Shown: positions 18,963 through 29,682 of the stretch, in pieces
Numbering within the stretch: position 1 is the first letter of the stretch
How the letters are laid out: every line of letters starts with the position of its first letter
Source of the DNA: Alphaproteobacteria bacterium
Lineage (GTDB): Bacteria; Pseudomonadota; Alphaproteobacteria; MPNO01; UBA830
Length of the DNA stretch: 64,000 nucleotides
NCBI GenBank assembly: GCA_965243135.1
Contig: OZ251539.1
Coordinates: forward strand, 5,312,001-5,376,000
Direction: 5' to 3'
Notes under the pieces: model-generated
What the model saw: the letters and a program-made list of their open reading frames with translations, nothing else
Database searches by the model: none
Told to the model about the DNA's origin: nothing
Translations under genes and position numbers: made by a program

Positions 18963-19880
18963 ATGGCGTGGCCGGGCGCGCCCGCTTACGGCCCTGACTG
19001 GCCGCATCAACGCCTATACAACAATGTTGTCAGAACGCTCTTTGCTCTGCCGGACGGCTTCAGAACTTCGCTGCGCATATCGGATTTCCGAGCGACTGAC
19101 ATCTTTACTCTGAACGCTGCTCTCGGTGCGTCCATTGAGGATGCCGTCGTCAACGGGCTTAACGGTCGTCGGGAAGCGTGGGACGCAGATGGCGAGTACA
19201 TGCTCTGGCGGTTCGAACGGCAGGCGCAGGCCTTTCCGGACGTGCGACTCGTAAAGGGCGAAGGGGATGGACAGGAGATCCTCTTGGGGATTGAGCTAAA
19301 GGGATGGTTCGCTCTGTCCAAGGAAGGTGAGCCGACGTTTCGCTACACCGTCAACCCGGAAGTTTGCGCGCCGGCCGACTTGCTGGTCGTCTTTCCGTGG
19401 GTTTTGAGCGACGTGGTCGCCGGAAGCCCCAAACTGATGAGGCCGTTCGTTTGGCCAGCCCGCGAGGTTGCCGAAAGGCGTAATTCTTATTGGCGGGAAA
19501 TGCGCGAAATGAGAGGCCGAAATGGAACGATTGTTCCTGCAAGCCACCGGGAACCATATCCTGCCGTAAAGACGGACCAATGCGCTGACCGCGCCGAGGA
19601 CGATGCCGGCAACAATTTCGGACGCGTCGCGCGTTACGGGTTGCTTGACGAATTCGTTAAGGCGACCAGAAAACAGGAAGTCTCGGGAATACCGGTTGCC
19701 GCTTGGTTGACGTTTTTCAGGCACTTCAGCGACACGAGAGGCGATCTTGACGCGGTCGTGGAGGCGAAACGGTTGGGGCGAACCTATCCGGGCGGTGAAG
19801 CCAGAGAGGAAAGGATCTTGGCTGAGCATGCCGATCACCTTGAGAGAATTGCCGCGCTTCTCGGAACGGAGCCCCAATGA
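18963..19880 (+). CDS. Probable type II restriction endonuclease (PD-(D/E)XK)
   Basis: FPDVRL...GIELKGW, immediately after the methyltransferase. Start codon uncertain. Confidence 0.75.
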   Translation: MAWPGAPAYGPDWPHQRLYNNVVRTLFALPDGFRTSLRISDFRATDIFTLNAALGASIEDAVVNGLNGRREAWDADGEYMLWRFERQAQAFPDVRLVKGEGDGQEILLGIELKGWFALSKEGEPTFRYTVNPEVCAPADLLVVFPWVLSDVVAGSPKLMRPFVWPAREVAERRNSYWREMREMRGRNGTIVPASHREPYPAVKTDQCADRAEDDAGNNFGRVARYGLLDEFVKATRKQEVSGIPVAAWLTFFRHFSDTRGDLDAVVEAKRLGRTYPGGEAREERILAEHADHLERIAALLGTEPQ

Positions 19881-20167
19881 TAGCGCGTAAGCTCATGCCG
19901 GTGGCCGCTCCGCCTCTTCCGGACCCGTTCCCACCGGTTGCCGGAGCGGAGGCGACAGGCCTGATTCCGCGTTCAGCCGCCTGATCGACGGTCATTCCCG
20001 CGACTTCCCGGTCCATGGCGCGTTGCCTCCCGCAGCTGCCGCCCGAGAGAAATCCCCGAACAAGCGAAACGACCCGGCCGCGGCCGGGCGTGTTGCTTTG
20101 CGCGCGAATTTCTGTAGAAAAGCGGCGTCGACGGGGATGGCCCCGTGCAACGAAGAAGGAGACGACA

Positions 20168-21184
20168 ATGAAGAAAGCGTTTCCGGCCCTTGTGGTCGGC
20201 GCGGTCATGGCGGCATTGTCCGCGCAGGCCGCGACCCTCGACGACATCCGCGGCCGCGGCCATCTGCAGTGCGGCATCAATACCGGTCTGGCCGGCTTCG
20301 CGGCGCCTGACGACAAGGGCGTCTGGCGCGGATTCGACGTCGATCTGTGCCGCGCCGTGGCGGCGGCCGTGTTCGGCGACGCCGGCAAGGTCAAATACAC
20401 CAACCTGACCGGCAAGACCCGCTTCACCGCCCTGCGGTCGGGCGAAATCGACATGCTGTCCCGGAACACCACCTGGACCTTCAGCCGCGACGTCGACCTG
20501 CAGCTGACCTTCGTCGGCGTCAACTATTACGACGGGCAGGGCTTCATGGTTCCGAAGAAGCTCGGCGTGAAGTCGGCGAAGGAACTCGGCGGCGCGTCGG
20601 TCTGCATCCAGACGGGCACGACCACCGAGCTCAACCTCGCGGACTTCTTCCGCGTCAACAACATGAAATACGAGCCGGTTCCGATCGAGACCAACGCCGA
20701 GGCGCGCACCAACTACCTCGCGGGCCGCTGCGACGTCTACACGACCGACGCTTCCGGCCTGTCGGCGACGCGCGTTTCGCTCGACGATCCCGACGCGCAC
20801 ATGGTGCTGCCGGAAATCATCTCCAAGGAGCCGCTCGGTCCCGTCGTTCGTCAAGGCGACGACCAGTGGGCCGATATCGTGCGCTGGACCCTCAACGCGA
20901 TGATCTCGGCGGAGGAACTGGGCGTGACTTCGAAGAACGCGGCGAAGATGGCGGAGGGAACCAAGAATCCCGAAATCAACCGCCTGCTCGGCGTCGAGGA
21001 GCTTCAGGGACGCGAAGGGCTCGGACTGGCCAAGGACTGGGCGCTCGCCGTCGTTTCCCAGGTCGGCAACTACGGCGAGGTCTTCGAAGCCAATCTCGGC
21101 CCGAAGACGCCGCTCGGCATCGGCCGCGGCGTGAACGCGCAGTGGACGGACGGTGGACTGATTTACGCTCCGCCGTTCCGGTGA
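20168..21184 (+). CDS. aapJ: General L-amino acid ABC transporter substrate-binding protein
   Basis: Signal peptide, GFDVDLCRAVAAA, RNTTWT, VGNYGE, C-terminal YAPPFR. Confidence 0.92.
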   Translation: MKKAFPALVVGAVMAALSAQAATLDDIRGRGHLQCGINTGLAGFAAPDDKGVWRGFDVDLCRAVAAAVFGDAGKVKYTNLTGKTRFTALRSGEIDMLSRNTTWTFSRDVDLQLTFVGVNYYDGQGFMVPKKLGVKSAKELGGASVCIQTGTTTELNLADFFRVNNMKYEPVPIETNAEARTNYLAGRCDVYTTDASGLSATRVSLDDPDAHMVLPEIISKEPLGPVVRQGDDQWADIVRWTLNAMISAEELGVTSKNAAKMAEGTKNPEINRLLGVEELQGREGLGLAKDWALAVVSQVGNYGEVFEANLGPKTPLGIGRGVNAQWTDGGLIYAPPFR

Positions 21185-21191
21185 GAACGAG

Positions 21192-21222
21192 ACGCGCCCC
21201 GCAGCCGCGCGGGGCGCGTTTT
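21192..21222 (+). terminator. Intercistronic stem-loop after aapJ
   Basis: ACGCGCCCCGC-AGCCGC-GCGGGGCGCGT followed by TTT. Confidence 0.6.
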
Positions 21223-21224
21223 CC

Positions 21225-22421
21225 ATGCCTGACGGGAGAACCCGGGCGGCGGGCGGCATGCTCCTGAGCCGCCTGTGGCGCGACGAGGCCGCGCACGCGG
21301 TCGTCGTCCAGCTTCTGGTCGTGGCGGCGGTGTTCGGAACCATCGCCTGGCTCATCGGAAACGTCGCCGCCAACTTCGCGGCGCTGGACAAGACCTTCGG
21401 CTTCGACTTTCTCTGGCAACTCCCGGCCAACTACGACATCAACCAGACGCTGATCGAGTACACCAATCGCGATTCCCATCTGAGGGCCGCGGTCGTCGGA
21501 CTCGTCAACACCGCTCTGGTCGCCTTGGTCGGCATCGCGGTGGCGACCGTCCTGGGCTTCGTTCTGGGCGCGATGCGCCTGTCCGAGAACTGGCTGATCT
21601 CGCGCCTCGCCGCCGTCTACGTCGAGTTCACCCGCAATACCCCCGTTCTTCTGCTGATCCTTCTCTGGCACGGGATCATCATCAATACGCTGCCGTTGCC
21701 GCGGCAGGCGATTTCGATCGGCGACGCCGCGTTCCTGTCCAATCGCGGCTTCTACGTCCCGCGCCCGATATTCGAGTCCGGCGCCTGGATCGTCGCGGTC
21801 GCGCTCGTCGTCGGCGTCGCCGCGGTCGCGCTGATCTACCGCCGCGCCCGGCGCGTTCGGGACGCGACCGGGCGGCAACTGCCGGCGGGATGGCTTTCCG
21901 CCGCCGCCGTCGTCCTACCGACCGGTCTCGCCTTTTTCGCGACCGGCGTGCCGATTTCGTTCGAGTTGCCGGAACTGCGCGGCTTCAACTACCGGGGCGG
22001 GCTGTACCTCATTCCGGAATTCGTCGCGCTGACCTGGGCGCTCGCGTTCTACACCTCGGGCTTCATCGCCGAGAATGTCCGCGCCGGAATCCTGGCCGTC
22101 CACAAGGGACAGACCGAGGCCGCGCGTTCCCTCGGGCTGCGGCCGAACCGGGTGCTGACCCTGGTGACGCTTCCCCAGGCGTTGCGGGTGATCGTGCCGC
22201 CGCTCACGTCTTCCTATCTCGACCTCACCAAGAACTCGTCGCTGGCCATCGCCATCGGCTACATGGATCTCGTGGCGACGCTGGGGGGAATCACCCTCAA
22301 CCAGACCGGACGGGAGATGGAGTGCATGATCCTGGTCATGATCGTCTATCTCGCGATTTCGCTCGGAATTTCCGTTTTCATGAACTGGTACAACAGTCGC
22401 GTGCGGCTGGTCGAGCGATGA
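21225..22421 (+). CDS. aapQ: Amino acid ABC permease
   Basis: [34 protein letters not shown]. Confidence 0.9.
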   Translation: MPDGRTRAAGGMLLSRLWRDEAAHAVVVQLLVVAAVFGTIAWLIGNVAANFAALDKTFGFDFLWQLPANYDINQTLIEYTNRDSHLRAAVVGLVNTALVALVGIAVATVLGFVLGAMRLSENWLISRLAAVYVEFTRNTPVLLLILLWHGIIINTLPLPRQAISIGDAAFLSNRGFYVPRPIFESGAWIVAVALVVGVAAVALIYRRARRVRDATGRQLPAGWLSAAAVVLPTGLAFFATGVPISFELPELRGFNYRGGLYLIPEFVALTWALAFYTSGFIAENVRAGILAVHKGQTEAARSLGLRPNRVLTLVTLPQALRVIVPPLTSSYLDLTKNSSLAIAIGYMDLVATLGGITLNQTGREMECMILVMIVYLAISLGISVFMNWYNSRVRLVER

Positions 22422-23512
22422 GCTACGCGCCCGGACATCATCCCGACCTGCCGCCGCCGCCGGGATCGACCGGCGCGATAGGCTGGGCGCGCGCGAACCT
22501 CTTCTCCTCGGTCTTCAACACCGTTCTCACGTTCGTCGCGGTGTGGCTGATCTACGAATTCTTCGCGGCCGCCATCGACTGGTTCGTTTTCGACGCCGTG
22601 GTCGACGCCGACTCCCGCACCGCCTGCCGCGCCCGCGCTCCCGGCGCATGCTGGGCGGTCATCGGCGCCCGCATCGATCAGTTCGTCTACGGCTTCTATC
22701 CGGAAGCCGAACGCTGGCGGCCGATTCTCGCCTTCGTCCTTCTGTTTCCGGCGCTGGCGCCGATACTGTTCGACCGGACTCCGTACCGGCGGCAGATGAC
22801 GTGGTTCTCGCTGGCTTATCCCGCGGTCGCGGCGTGGCTGATCTACGGCGGGCTGGGCCTGACGATCGTGCCCACCGACACGTACGGCGGGTTTCTTCTG
22901 ACGATGATCCTCGGCGTCACGGGAATCGTCGCGTCGCTTCCCGTCGGCATCGTTCTCGCCCTCGGCCGGCAGTCCAGGCTGCTCGCCGTTCGGGTCATCT
23001 GCACCGTGTTCATCGAAGTGTTCAGGGGAGTTCCCCTGATCACGCTGCTTTTCGTCGCTTCGACCATGCTCAATTACTTCCTGCCGCCCGGAACGAGCTT
23101 CAATCTCCTCGTGCGGGTGTTGATCATGGTCTCCATCTTCGCCGCCGCCTACATCGCCGAGGCGGTCAGGGGAGGGCTGCAGGCCATACCGGCCGGCCAG
23201 TACGAGGCCGCCGACGCGCTCGGCCTGTCCTACTGGAAGACGACCTGGCTCATAACGCTGCCGCAGGCGCTCAAGATATCGATCCCGGGGATCGTGAACG
23301 TCTTCATCGGGCTGTACAAGGACAGCACGCTGGTCGTCATCATCGGACTGCTCGATCCTCTGGGCGTCACCCGCGCGATCCTCGCCGACGCCAATTGGAA
23401 CGGACTGTCCAACGAGACCTACCTTTTCACCGCGCTCTTCTTCTTCGTCAGCTGCCTCGCCATGTCGCGCTATTCCCTCTGGCTGGAAAAGCGCCTGAGC
23501 ACAGGTCACTGA
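22418..23512 (+). CDS. aapM: Amino acid ABC permease
   Basis: [28 protein letters not shown]; ATGA overlap. Confidence 0.9.
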   Translation: MSYAPGHHPDLPPPPGSTGAIGWARANLFSSVFNTVLTFVAVWLIYEFFAAAIDWFVFDAVVDADSRTACRARAPGACWAVIGARIDQFVYGFYPEAERWRPILAFVLLFPALAPILFDRTPYRRQMTWFSLAYPAVAAWLIYGGLGLTIVPTDTYGGFLLTMILGVTGIVASLPVGIVLALGRQSRLLAVRVICTVFIEVFRGVPLITLLFVASTMLNYFLPPGTSFNLLVRVLIMVSIFAAAYIAEAVRGGLQAIPAGQYEAADALGLSYWKTTWLITLPQALKISIPGIVNVFIGLYKDSTLVVIIGLLDPLGVTRAILADANWNGLSNETYLFTALFFFVSCLAMSRYSLWLEKRLSTGH

Positions 23513-23523
23513 AAGGATCCGCC

Positions 23524-24294
23524 ATGACGGAACGCGACGCCGCTTCCCCCGACGAATCGAAGGTCATGATCGAAATCACGGCGATGCACAAATGGTTCGG
23601 ACCGTTCCACGTGCTCAAGGACATCGACCTGAAGGTGATGGCGGGCGAGCGCATCGTCATCTGCGGACCGTCGGGATCCGGCAAGTCGACCCTCATCCGG
23701 TGCATCAATCGACTCGAGACGCACCAGCAGGGAGACATCGTCGTCGACGGCACCGAGCTGACCCGGGACGTGAAGAACATCGAGACCATCCGCTCCGAGG
23801 TCGGCATGGTGTTCCAGCACTTCAACCTCTTCCCTCACCTCACCGTGCTCGAAAACTGCACGTTGGCGCCCATCTGGGTGCGCAAGACGCCCAAACGCGA
23901 AGCCCAGCAGATCGCCCTGCGCTTCCTCGAACGAGTGCAGATCCCCGAGCAGGCCGCCAAGTATCCGGGGCAGCTTTCCGGCGGACAGCAGCAGCGCGTC
24001 GCCATCGCCCGCGCGCTCTGCATGCAGCCCCGCATCATGCTGTTCGACGAGCCGACCTCGGCCCTCGATCCGGAGATGATCAAGGAGGTTCTCGACGTGA
24101 TGATCGAGCTCGCCGAAAGCGGCATGACGATGCTCGTGGTGACCCACGAAATGGGGTTCGCCAACCGGGTCGCCGACCGCGTGATCTTCATGGATCGCGG
24201 CGAGATCATCGAGCAGAATACGCCCGATCTGTTCTTCAACCAGCCGCAAAACGACCGCACGAAGCTGTTTCTCAGCCAGATCCTTTCCCACTGA
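23524..24294 (+). CDS. aapP: Amino acid ABC ATP-binding protein
   Basis: [26 protein letters not shown]. Confidence 0.93.
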   Translation: MTERDAASPDESKVMIEITAMHKWFGPFHVLKDIDLKVMAGERIVICGPSGSGKSTLIRCINRLETHQQGDIVVDGTELTRDVKNIETIRSEVGMVFQHFNLFPHLTVLENCTLAPIWVRKTPKREAQQIALRFLERVQIPEQAAKYPGQLSGGQQQRVAIARALCMQPRIMLFDEPTSALDPEMIKEVLDVMIELAESGMTMLVVTHEMGFANRVADRVIFMDRGEIIEQNTPDLFFNQPQNDRTKLFLSQILSH

Positions 24295-24523
24295 CGGCTG
24301 CCCGTTCGCTCGACCGCCGTTTCTTCCGGGGCGGTTTCGTTCTCTCCAAGAAAATTTCCCGTTGACATGACGTTGGCTGCCGAGCCCCTGCGCATTTTGG
24401 TTCGCCGGAATCCGCCCGTCAATCTTTTGGACAAAAAATAGCAACGAAATCATATGGTTACAAGACAGCATGGACATTCGGGGGTCGATTCGGTAAAAAT
24501 CGATCGTCCTCTTGGAGGTTTGC

Positions 24524-25951
24524 ATGCTGAATGAAATCGTCGTCGAACCTGCGAAAGACGAAGAGCGCTTCCGGAGTTTGATGCAGACCCATCATTACCT
24601 GGGCGCGCCGCCGAAGGTCGGCGAGACGTTATGGTATGTCGCTCGCCGGCGCGACGAATGGGTGGCGCTGATCGGTTTTTCGGCGGCGGCGTTGAAGTGC
24701 CGCGCGCGAGACGCCTGGATCGGTTGGGATTTTCGAATTCAGTACGGTCGGCTGCATCTCGTGACCAACAACAGCCGGTTTCTGATCTTGCCGGGTTGGC
24801 ACCGTCCCAATCTGGCGTCTCGCCTGCTTTCGCTGTGCGAACGAAGGCTTGCGTCGGATTGGGCGAAGCGTTTCGGCCACCCGTTGTTGCTTTTGGAAAC
24901 CTTCGTCGATCCGGACTGCTTTGAAGGCACGATTTATCACGCGGCGAACTGGCGGTGTCTCGGCCGCACGCGAGGCTTTCGCCGCTACCGCGGCGGCTAC
25001 GCGCCGAGCACCTCCAAACTCGTCTTCGTTCGCCCTCTGGTTCCGAACGCCAGAAAGCGGTTGAGCGCCGCCGAACTCGATCCGGTCTACCGTCACGGAA
25101 AACCCAAGATCATGATCAAAGCCGAAATGATGAGCGCTTTGCCGGATTACTTCGCCGATATTCCCGATCCCCGTGGGCGCCAGGGACGGCGCTATCCTGT
25201 CGCCACTGTGCTGGCGCTCGCGACCGGCGCCGCGCTGTGCGGCAGGCGCGGCTTCGTGGACATGGAAGAATGGGCGGAGGCTCTCGATCAGAAGGGACGC
25301 GAACGGTTCCGCTGCAGGTATCGCGGAAGGCGCTATCACGTGCCCTGCGCGCGCACCATTCGCAACGTGCTGGTTTGTATCGACCCCGACGAGCTCGACG
25401 CCGCATTGGCGCGGTTCAACGCCGACTACGGCTTGGCGGATTCGACCTGCGCGATCGACGGCGAGACGTTGCGCAGCGCGCTCGCCGATGAAGGCGACCG
25501 GGGCCACGGCGCCGACGGCCAGGCTGCCGCGCATGTCTAAAAACAGGTTGGAAAGCCGCCGGCCGGGGACGAAGTCGAGCGAATCGACGAGATGGCGGTC
25601 CCCGAGGAGGCGTCCGGCAAGCTGTCGACGCCCTGCTGACGCGGAGAAAGCTGGCCAAACGAGGCGCTTTCCGCGTCTTTGCCGTCAAGCAGGCGAACTT
25701 GCTTGCCGGTCTTCTCTTCAAGTACAGGGCGAGCCCGGCTTCCGGGAAAGACTTGGAACATGGCCGAGAGCGGCTGGGTCTCCGCCGAACTCAACTGTGA
25801 GCAGTCACGATAATCGGCAGTTTCAGGTGCAAAATAATCGAGGATGCCGCGCCTGGAAGGAGGGCGTTTCCGTTTCCTCTCACGCCTGAGGGCGATCGGG
25901 CCCGGAATACTGTTTTTTCAGCATGGTCCCGCAGCACCATGGTTTGGCCCT
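24524..25951 (+). mobile_element. Decayed DUF4338-ISAs1-family transposase fusion (open to 25540, frameshifted after)
   Basis: HHYLG, NNSRFLILP and LLETFVD (DUF4338), then IPDPRGRQGRRY...LCG and AIDG (ISAs1/H-repeat). KSSE and DALLT remnants follow; GCCCTG end at 25946-25951. Confidence 0.75.
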
Positions 25952-26499
25952 GAAGGCAACCAGTGAACTCGTGCCCGCTGGCAGGACCCTTTTGATCGAG
26001 TTCTCCAAATGTTTCCGTCGATTATCATGTCCGTGCACACTCAACCTCGACTTTCCCGGAGCCGGCCGGGCTTTCGTTGCGCGACGCCGCAGCCAAAAAA
26101 ATCGGCAAGTCCGGCAAGGAAGCGGTCTATGGGAACCCACGCTCCCGAGACCGCCGCCCCTGCCCAGGCGCTTGCGCCGCAGTCGCTGGACGGTCGAAAA
26201 CGGCAGCCGCGCTCGATCGGGAGGAGGGCCTTCAGCGACGCCGGTGACGGCCCCGGGAACGCCGCCCGGCTACGCCGTTTCGCCCGGACACGCCTGCGTC
26301 GCTTTCCGGCATCCCCGGAGAAGTCCTCGGCCGGTCTTCGACCGCCTGACCGCAAAAAACCCTCGGAAGACAACGGCGGTCAGGAAGTTGGAACGAAAAG
26401 GCCGTGCCGTTTCCTCGGGCTGGACGAATCGCCGCGTCGCCGGAAAGCCTCGGTCCGGCCGCTCGTTTCGGTTTTCCTCCGCCGTTTCCTGCTTGACGG

Positions 26500-26560
26500 G
26501 ATACATTATGCCGGACGACATTATGTTGACCTGCATTATGTTATTCGGCATAATGTATCG
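26500..26560 (+). promoter_or_regulatory. Promoter with four 15-bp-phased CATTATG operator boxes
   Basis: CATTATG at 26504, 26519 and 26534, inverted CATAATG at 26549; perfect 14-bp inverted repeat 26500-26513/26546-26559; TTGACC-N17-CATAAT. Confidence 0.7.
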
Positions 26561-27916
26561 ATGCAGTTCCTGAATCGCCGCGACGAAATGCGCAGACTCG
26601 ACGGCGCGCTCTCGCGAACCGGAGCGTTCGTCGCCGTCTGGGGGCGCCGCCGGATCGGCAAATCGCGCCTGCTCGTCGAGTGGTGCCGACGCCGTGACGG
26701 GCTGTATACGGTCGCGGACCAATCCGCGCCGCCGGTGCAACGGCGCTATCTGGCCGGAGCCGTCGCCGAACGCTTTCCCGGGTTCGACGATGTCGAGTAC
26801 CCGGACTGGCGCTCGTTTCTGGCCAGGCTGTCCGGGGAAGCCGACAGGACCGGTTGGCCGGGTCCGTTCGTTATCGACGAATTGCCTCATCTTCTGGCGG
26901 CGGATCCGGCTCTCGCCGGCGTTCTGCAGAATTGGCTCGACGTCCCGGAACGGCGCGTGAGCCTGGTCGTCTGCGGATCGAGCATGCACATGATGCACGG
27001 CGCGATACTTGACGCCTCCGCTCCCCTCTACGGCCGGGCCTCCGAAGCCTTCGCCCTGCGCCCGATTCGGCCGGGGCATCTTGCAGGCGCGTTTCCGGCC
27101 GGCGACGCGCGCGCTCTGGTCTCGGCATACGCGCTGTGGGGAGGCATGCCCCGGTACTGGGAACTCGCCGCGCCGTTCGGGGGCGACGCCGAAACCGCCG
27201 TGGATGCGCTGGTTCTCGATCCGGCGGGACCCCTGCACGGGGAGCCTGATCGATTGCTGCGGGAAGAAACCCCGGCGGCGACCGCGCTTCGGCCCCTGCT
27301 GGACGTCATCGGCAACGGCGCGCATCGGATCAGCGAAATCGCGGGCCGCCTCGGCAGGCCCGCTTCCAGCCTGTCGAGGCCGCTTGCTTCCCTGACGGAG
27401 ATGGGGTTGGTGCGCCGCGAAACGCCGTTCGGCGCCGATCCGAAATCCGGCAAGCGAAGCCTGTATCGGATCGACGATCCTTTTCTGCGGTTGTGGTTTC
27501 GGGTCGTCGCGCCGCACCGCGCCGCCCTTGCGGCGGCCCCCCGCGAAACGCGGCTCCGGTACTGGCGCCGGCACCGGCAGGGTCTCGAATCCTTCGCATG
27601 GGAGGAACTGTGCCGCATGGCCGTGCCCGCGCTGCGCGACTCGCCGCTCGGCCGGCTCGGTCCCTGGGAGAGCGCGCAAAGATACTGGCGCGGCAACGCC
27701 CCGGAACTGGATATCGTGGCGCGGTCGGTCGACGGTCGGCGCCTGCTGGTCGGCGAGGCGAAGTGGTCAGCCGTTCCCTCGGCGGAAACTCTGCCTCCCG
27801 GCGCGCGGGACGTCGATCTGTGCAGGGCGCTATTCGTTCCAGAGCCCGGCGCCCGGCAGGCCGGACCGGACGTTCACGTTGTCGATGCGGACGAGGTATT
27901 GAGCGCATTGGCGTGA
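26561..27916 (+). CDS. Archaeal-ATPase-type P-loop ATPase with wHTH and DUF234-like PD-(D/E)XK domain
   Basis: FLNRRDE, GRRRIGKS, VIDE, CGSS, GGMPRY, DPFLRLWFR, ELDIVA...GEAKW. Confidence 0.85.
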   Translation: MQFLNRRDEMRRLDGALSRTGAFVAVWGRRRIGKSRLLVEWCRRRDGLYTVADQSAPPVQRRYLAGAVAERFPGFDDVEYPDWRSFLARLSGEADRTGWPGPFVIDELPHLLAADPALAGVLQNWLDVPERRVSLVVCGSSMHMMHGAILDASAPLYGRASEAFALRPIRPGHLAGAFPAGDARALVSAYALWGGMPRYWELAAPFGGDAETAVDALVLDPAGPLHGEPDRLLREETPAATALRPLLDVIGNGAHRISEIAGRLGRPASSLSRPLASLTEMGLVRRETPFGADPKSGKRSLYRIDDPFLRLWFRVVAPHRAALAAAPRETRLRYWRRHRQGLESFAWEELCRMAVPALRDSPLGRLGPWESAQRYWRGNAPELDIVARSVDGRRLLVGEAKWSAVPSAETLPPGARDVDLCRALFVPEPGARQAGPDVHVVDADEVLSALA

Positions 27917-28135
27917 TTCACGGATGGCTCGCTCGGCGGCCGTCGTCGCGACCGCCGGGCCGTCGTCGCGGTCGGCTCTTGCTTGCGTCCGTTTCGGGCA
28001 GGCGCCCTGGGCGCCGGGATGCGCAGAGCGATCGTTCTTCGCGGGCCGCAGGCGACCGCGGGGTTCCGGCAGGATTTCGGCGGGATCTGGCGCACGGCGT
28101 AAGGACCGTCAGGTCGCGCCGGCCGCCTTCCCGCC

Positions 28136-28792
28136 TTAAGCGAATCGACCGGCGGCGTCGACCAACCTTTCGAAAACGCTCAGGAATCCGGATTCGTGCA
28201 CGCCGTCTACATGGACATTGTTCCAGAGGCCGGACGATCGCACCTTTTCGCGGTCGCAGTGATGCCCCAGCCAATTCGACGAGGGCCGATCGCTCGCCCT
28301 GTCCGGGAAGCCGCTCAGCAATGCGATGGCGTTCCGCTTCACATTGTCGCGGCCAAGCGCATCTTCGATCGGAACGAATGCCACCGACATGCCGCCGATG
28401 CGTCGACTGACCATTTCTTCGAGCGGCTGCTCGGCATGCCGCATGTTTCTGACCTTCCTCGCCCCCCAACTGTCGATACCGACGCCAGGGTCTCGGCCTA
28501 TCAATGCGTTGCCTACGAGCAGGCGAAACACCGAACGTCGATGATCGCCGTAAGGCGGAGTCAAGGTTCCGCAATGTTCTCCGAGGCGTTTCCGCAACGG
28601 CCTGCCGGAGCTTCCTACCCTGACGACTCGAGGTCCCTGTCCGCTGCAGGACCGGTTTTCCCCGGGCTCGAAAAAGAAGTAGACGCCCGGCCAGTTCATG
28701 CGGCCGTCCGTTTCGGAGAGACGGCGTTTTCCGCGACGCTCAAGTTCGTCCATGAGCGCATAGAACGCAATCAGGTCATCCCGCTTGCTCAT
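28136..28792 (-). CDS. GIY-YIG-like nuclease (inferred)
   Basis: GVYFF...RVG...LRKRL.EH pattern; ATGA-coupled to the upstream gene. Confidence 0.6.
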   Translation of the reverse strand: MSKRDDLIAFYALMDELERRGKRRLSETDGRMNWPGVYFFFEPGENRSCSGQGPRVVRVGSSGRPLRKRLGEHCGTLTPPYGDHRRSVFRLLVGNALIGRDPGVGIDSWGARKVRNMRHAEQPLEEMVSRRIGGMSVAFVPIEDALGRDNVKRNAIALLSGFPDRASDRPSSNWLGHHCDREKVRSSGLWNNVHVDGVHESGFLSVFERLVDAAGRFA

Positions 28793-29229
28793 TTTTCAAC
28801 CGGCTCAACCGCTTTTTTCAACCAGTTCAACTGTTCTCCGAATCTCAATCCTTGCATCGGTACGCGGACTGACGAAAAACGGCCTGACAGATAGGATCCA
28901 AGGTATTGGCGGTAACGAAATCCCGCGAGAATCGCGACCTCGTCGACCTCGGGCGGATGTTCGTTCATCTGGGAGATGACTCTCTGTGCCCAAGCGCGCC
29001 TGTCGGCAGCGTTCATCCGTTTCAGAGTTTCGTCGTATGGGGAAATCGGGCGATCCGGCTCCAATAATCCGTGTTTCGCCGACAGGATGAACCAGGGCCC
29101 GCCTGAACTTTCCACGTATCGGCGAGCCAGCTGAAACCACAGCGAAATATAAAGATCCTTCGCCGCAACGGTTTCCGTTCGCTTCTTCGCGACGCAGGAT
29201 ACGAGATAAATTCGATTCTTGTTCGCCAT
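28789..29229 (-). CDS. DUF6884-like protein
   Basis: LVSCVAKK, AKDLY.S.WF, WFILSAKHGL, PYDETL, LAG..Y, G...GEQL.WL. Confidence 0.75.
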   Translation of the reverse strand: MANKNRIYLVSCVAKKRTETVAAKDLYISLWFQLARRYVESSGGPWFILSAKHGLLEPDRPISPYDETLKRMNAADRRAWAQRVISQMNEHPPEVDEVAILAGFRYRQYLGSYLSGRFSSVRVPMQGLRFGEQLNWLKKAVEPVEK

Positions 29230-29582
29230 GGCGTTCCAGGGTCCGGTTGCCCCGTCGATTATACGCGAAGCGCTCGGGGTCGCGAATCCGGAATTGCGAA
29301 AATATATCGCGATCCATTCGTCGAGGATTCGCTTCCGGCTCCGTTGCAGGGGCTTCGGCCGGATATCGTCGGCGGGGAGACCGCGTTCTTTCCGCCGCGC
29401 CGACTGGCGGCCCGGCAACAGGTTCCGTCGATGGCGGCGTCTCGAGGAGGGAGCGGCGGGCGCCGGCTGCCGGCGTCGACATGCGTTGGCGCGCGAGGGA
29501 AGCGGCGCAAGGCGGGAACCGGCGGGCTGTCCGTCGAGACCGCGAGGCCACTTCGGCGCGGCCTGGCGGCGCGGGCCGCAAC

Positions 29583-29647
29583 GGCGCCTTGACTTACCGG
29601 CCGGCCGATATTTCCCTTGCGGCAGAGATTGCCGCCCGCCCGTATCG
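29583..29647 (+). repeat. Dispersed ~60-bp repeat (other copies at 35088-35138 + and 41161-41225 -)
   Basis: Gapless alignment of CCTTGACTYACCGGCCRRCC...GATTGCCG.CCGCC.GTATC. Confidence 0.75.
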
Positions 29648-29682
29648 AAGGAGGGCCGCGACGCGTTCCGTGGTGGATTGGT

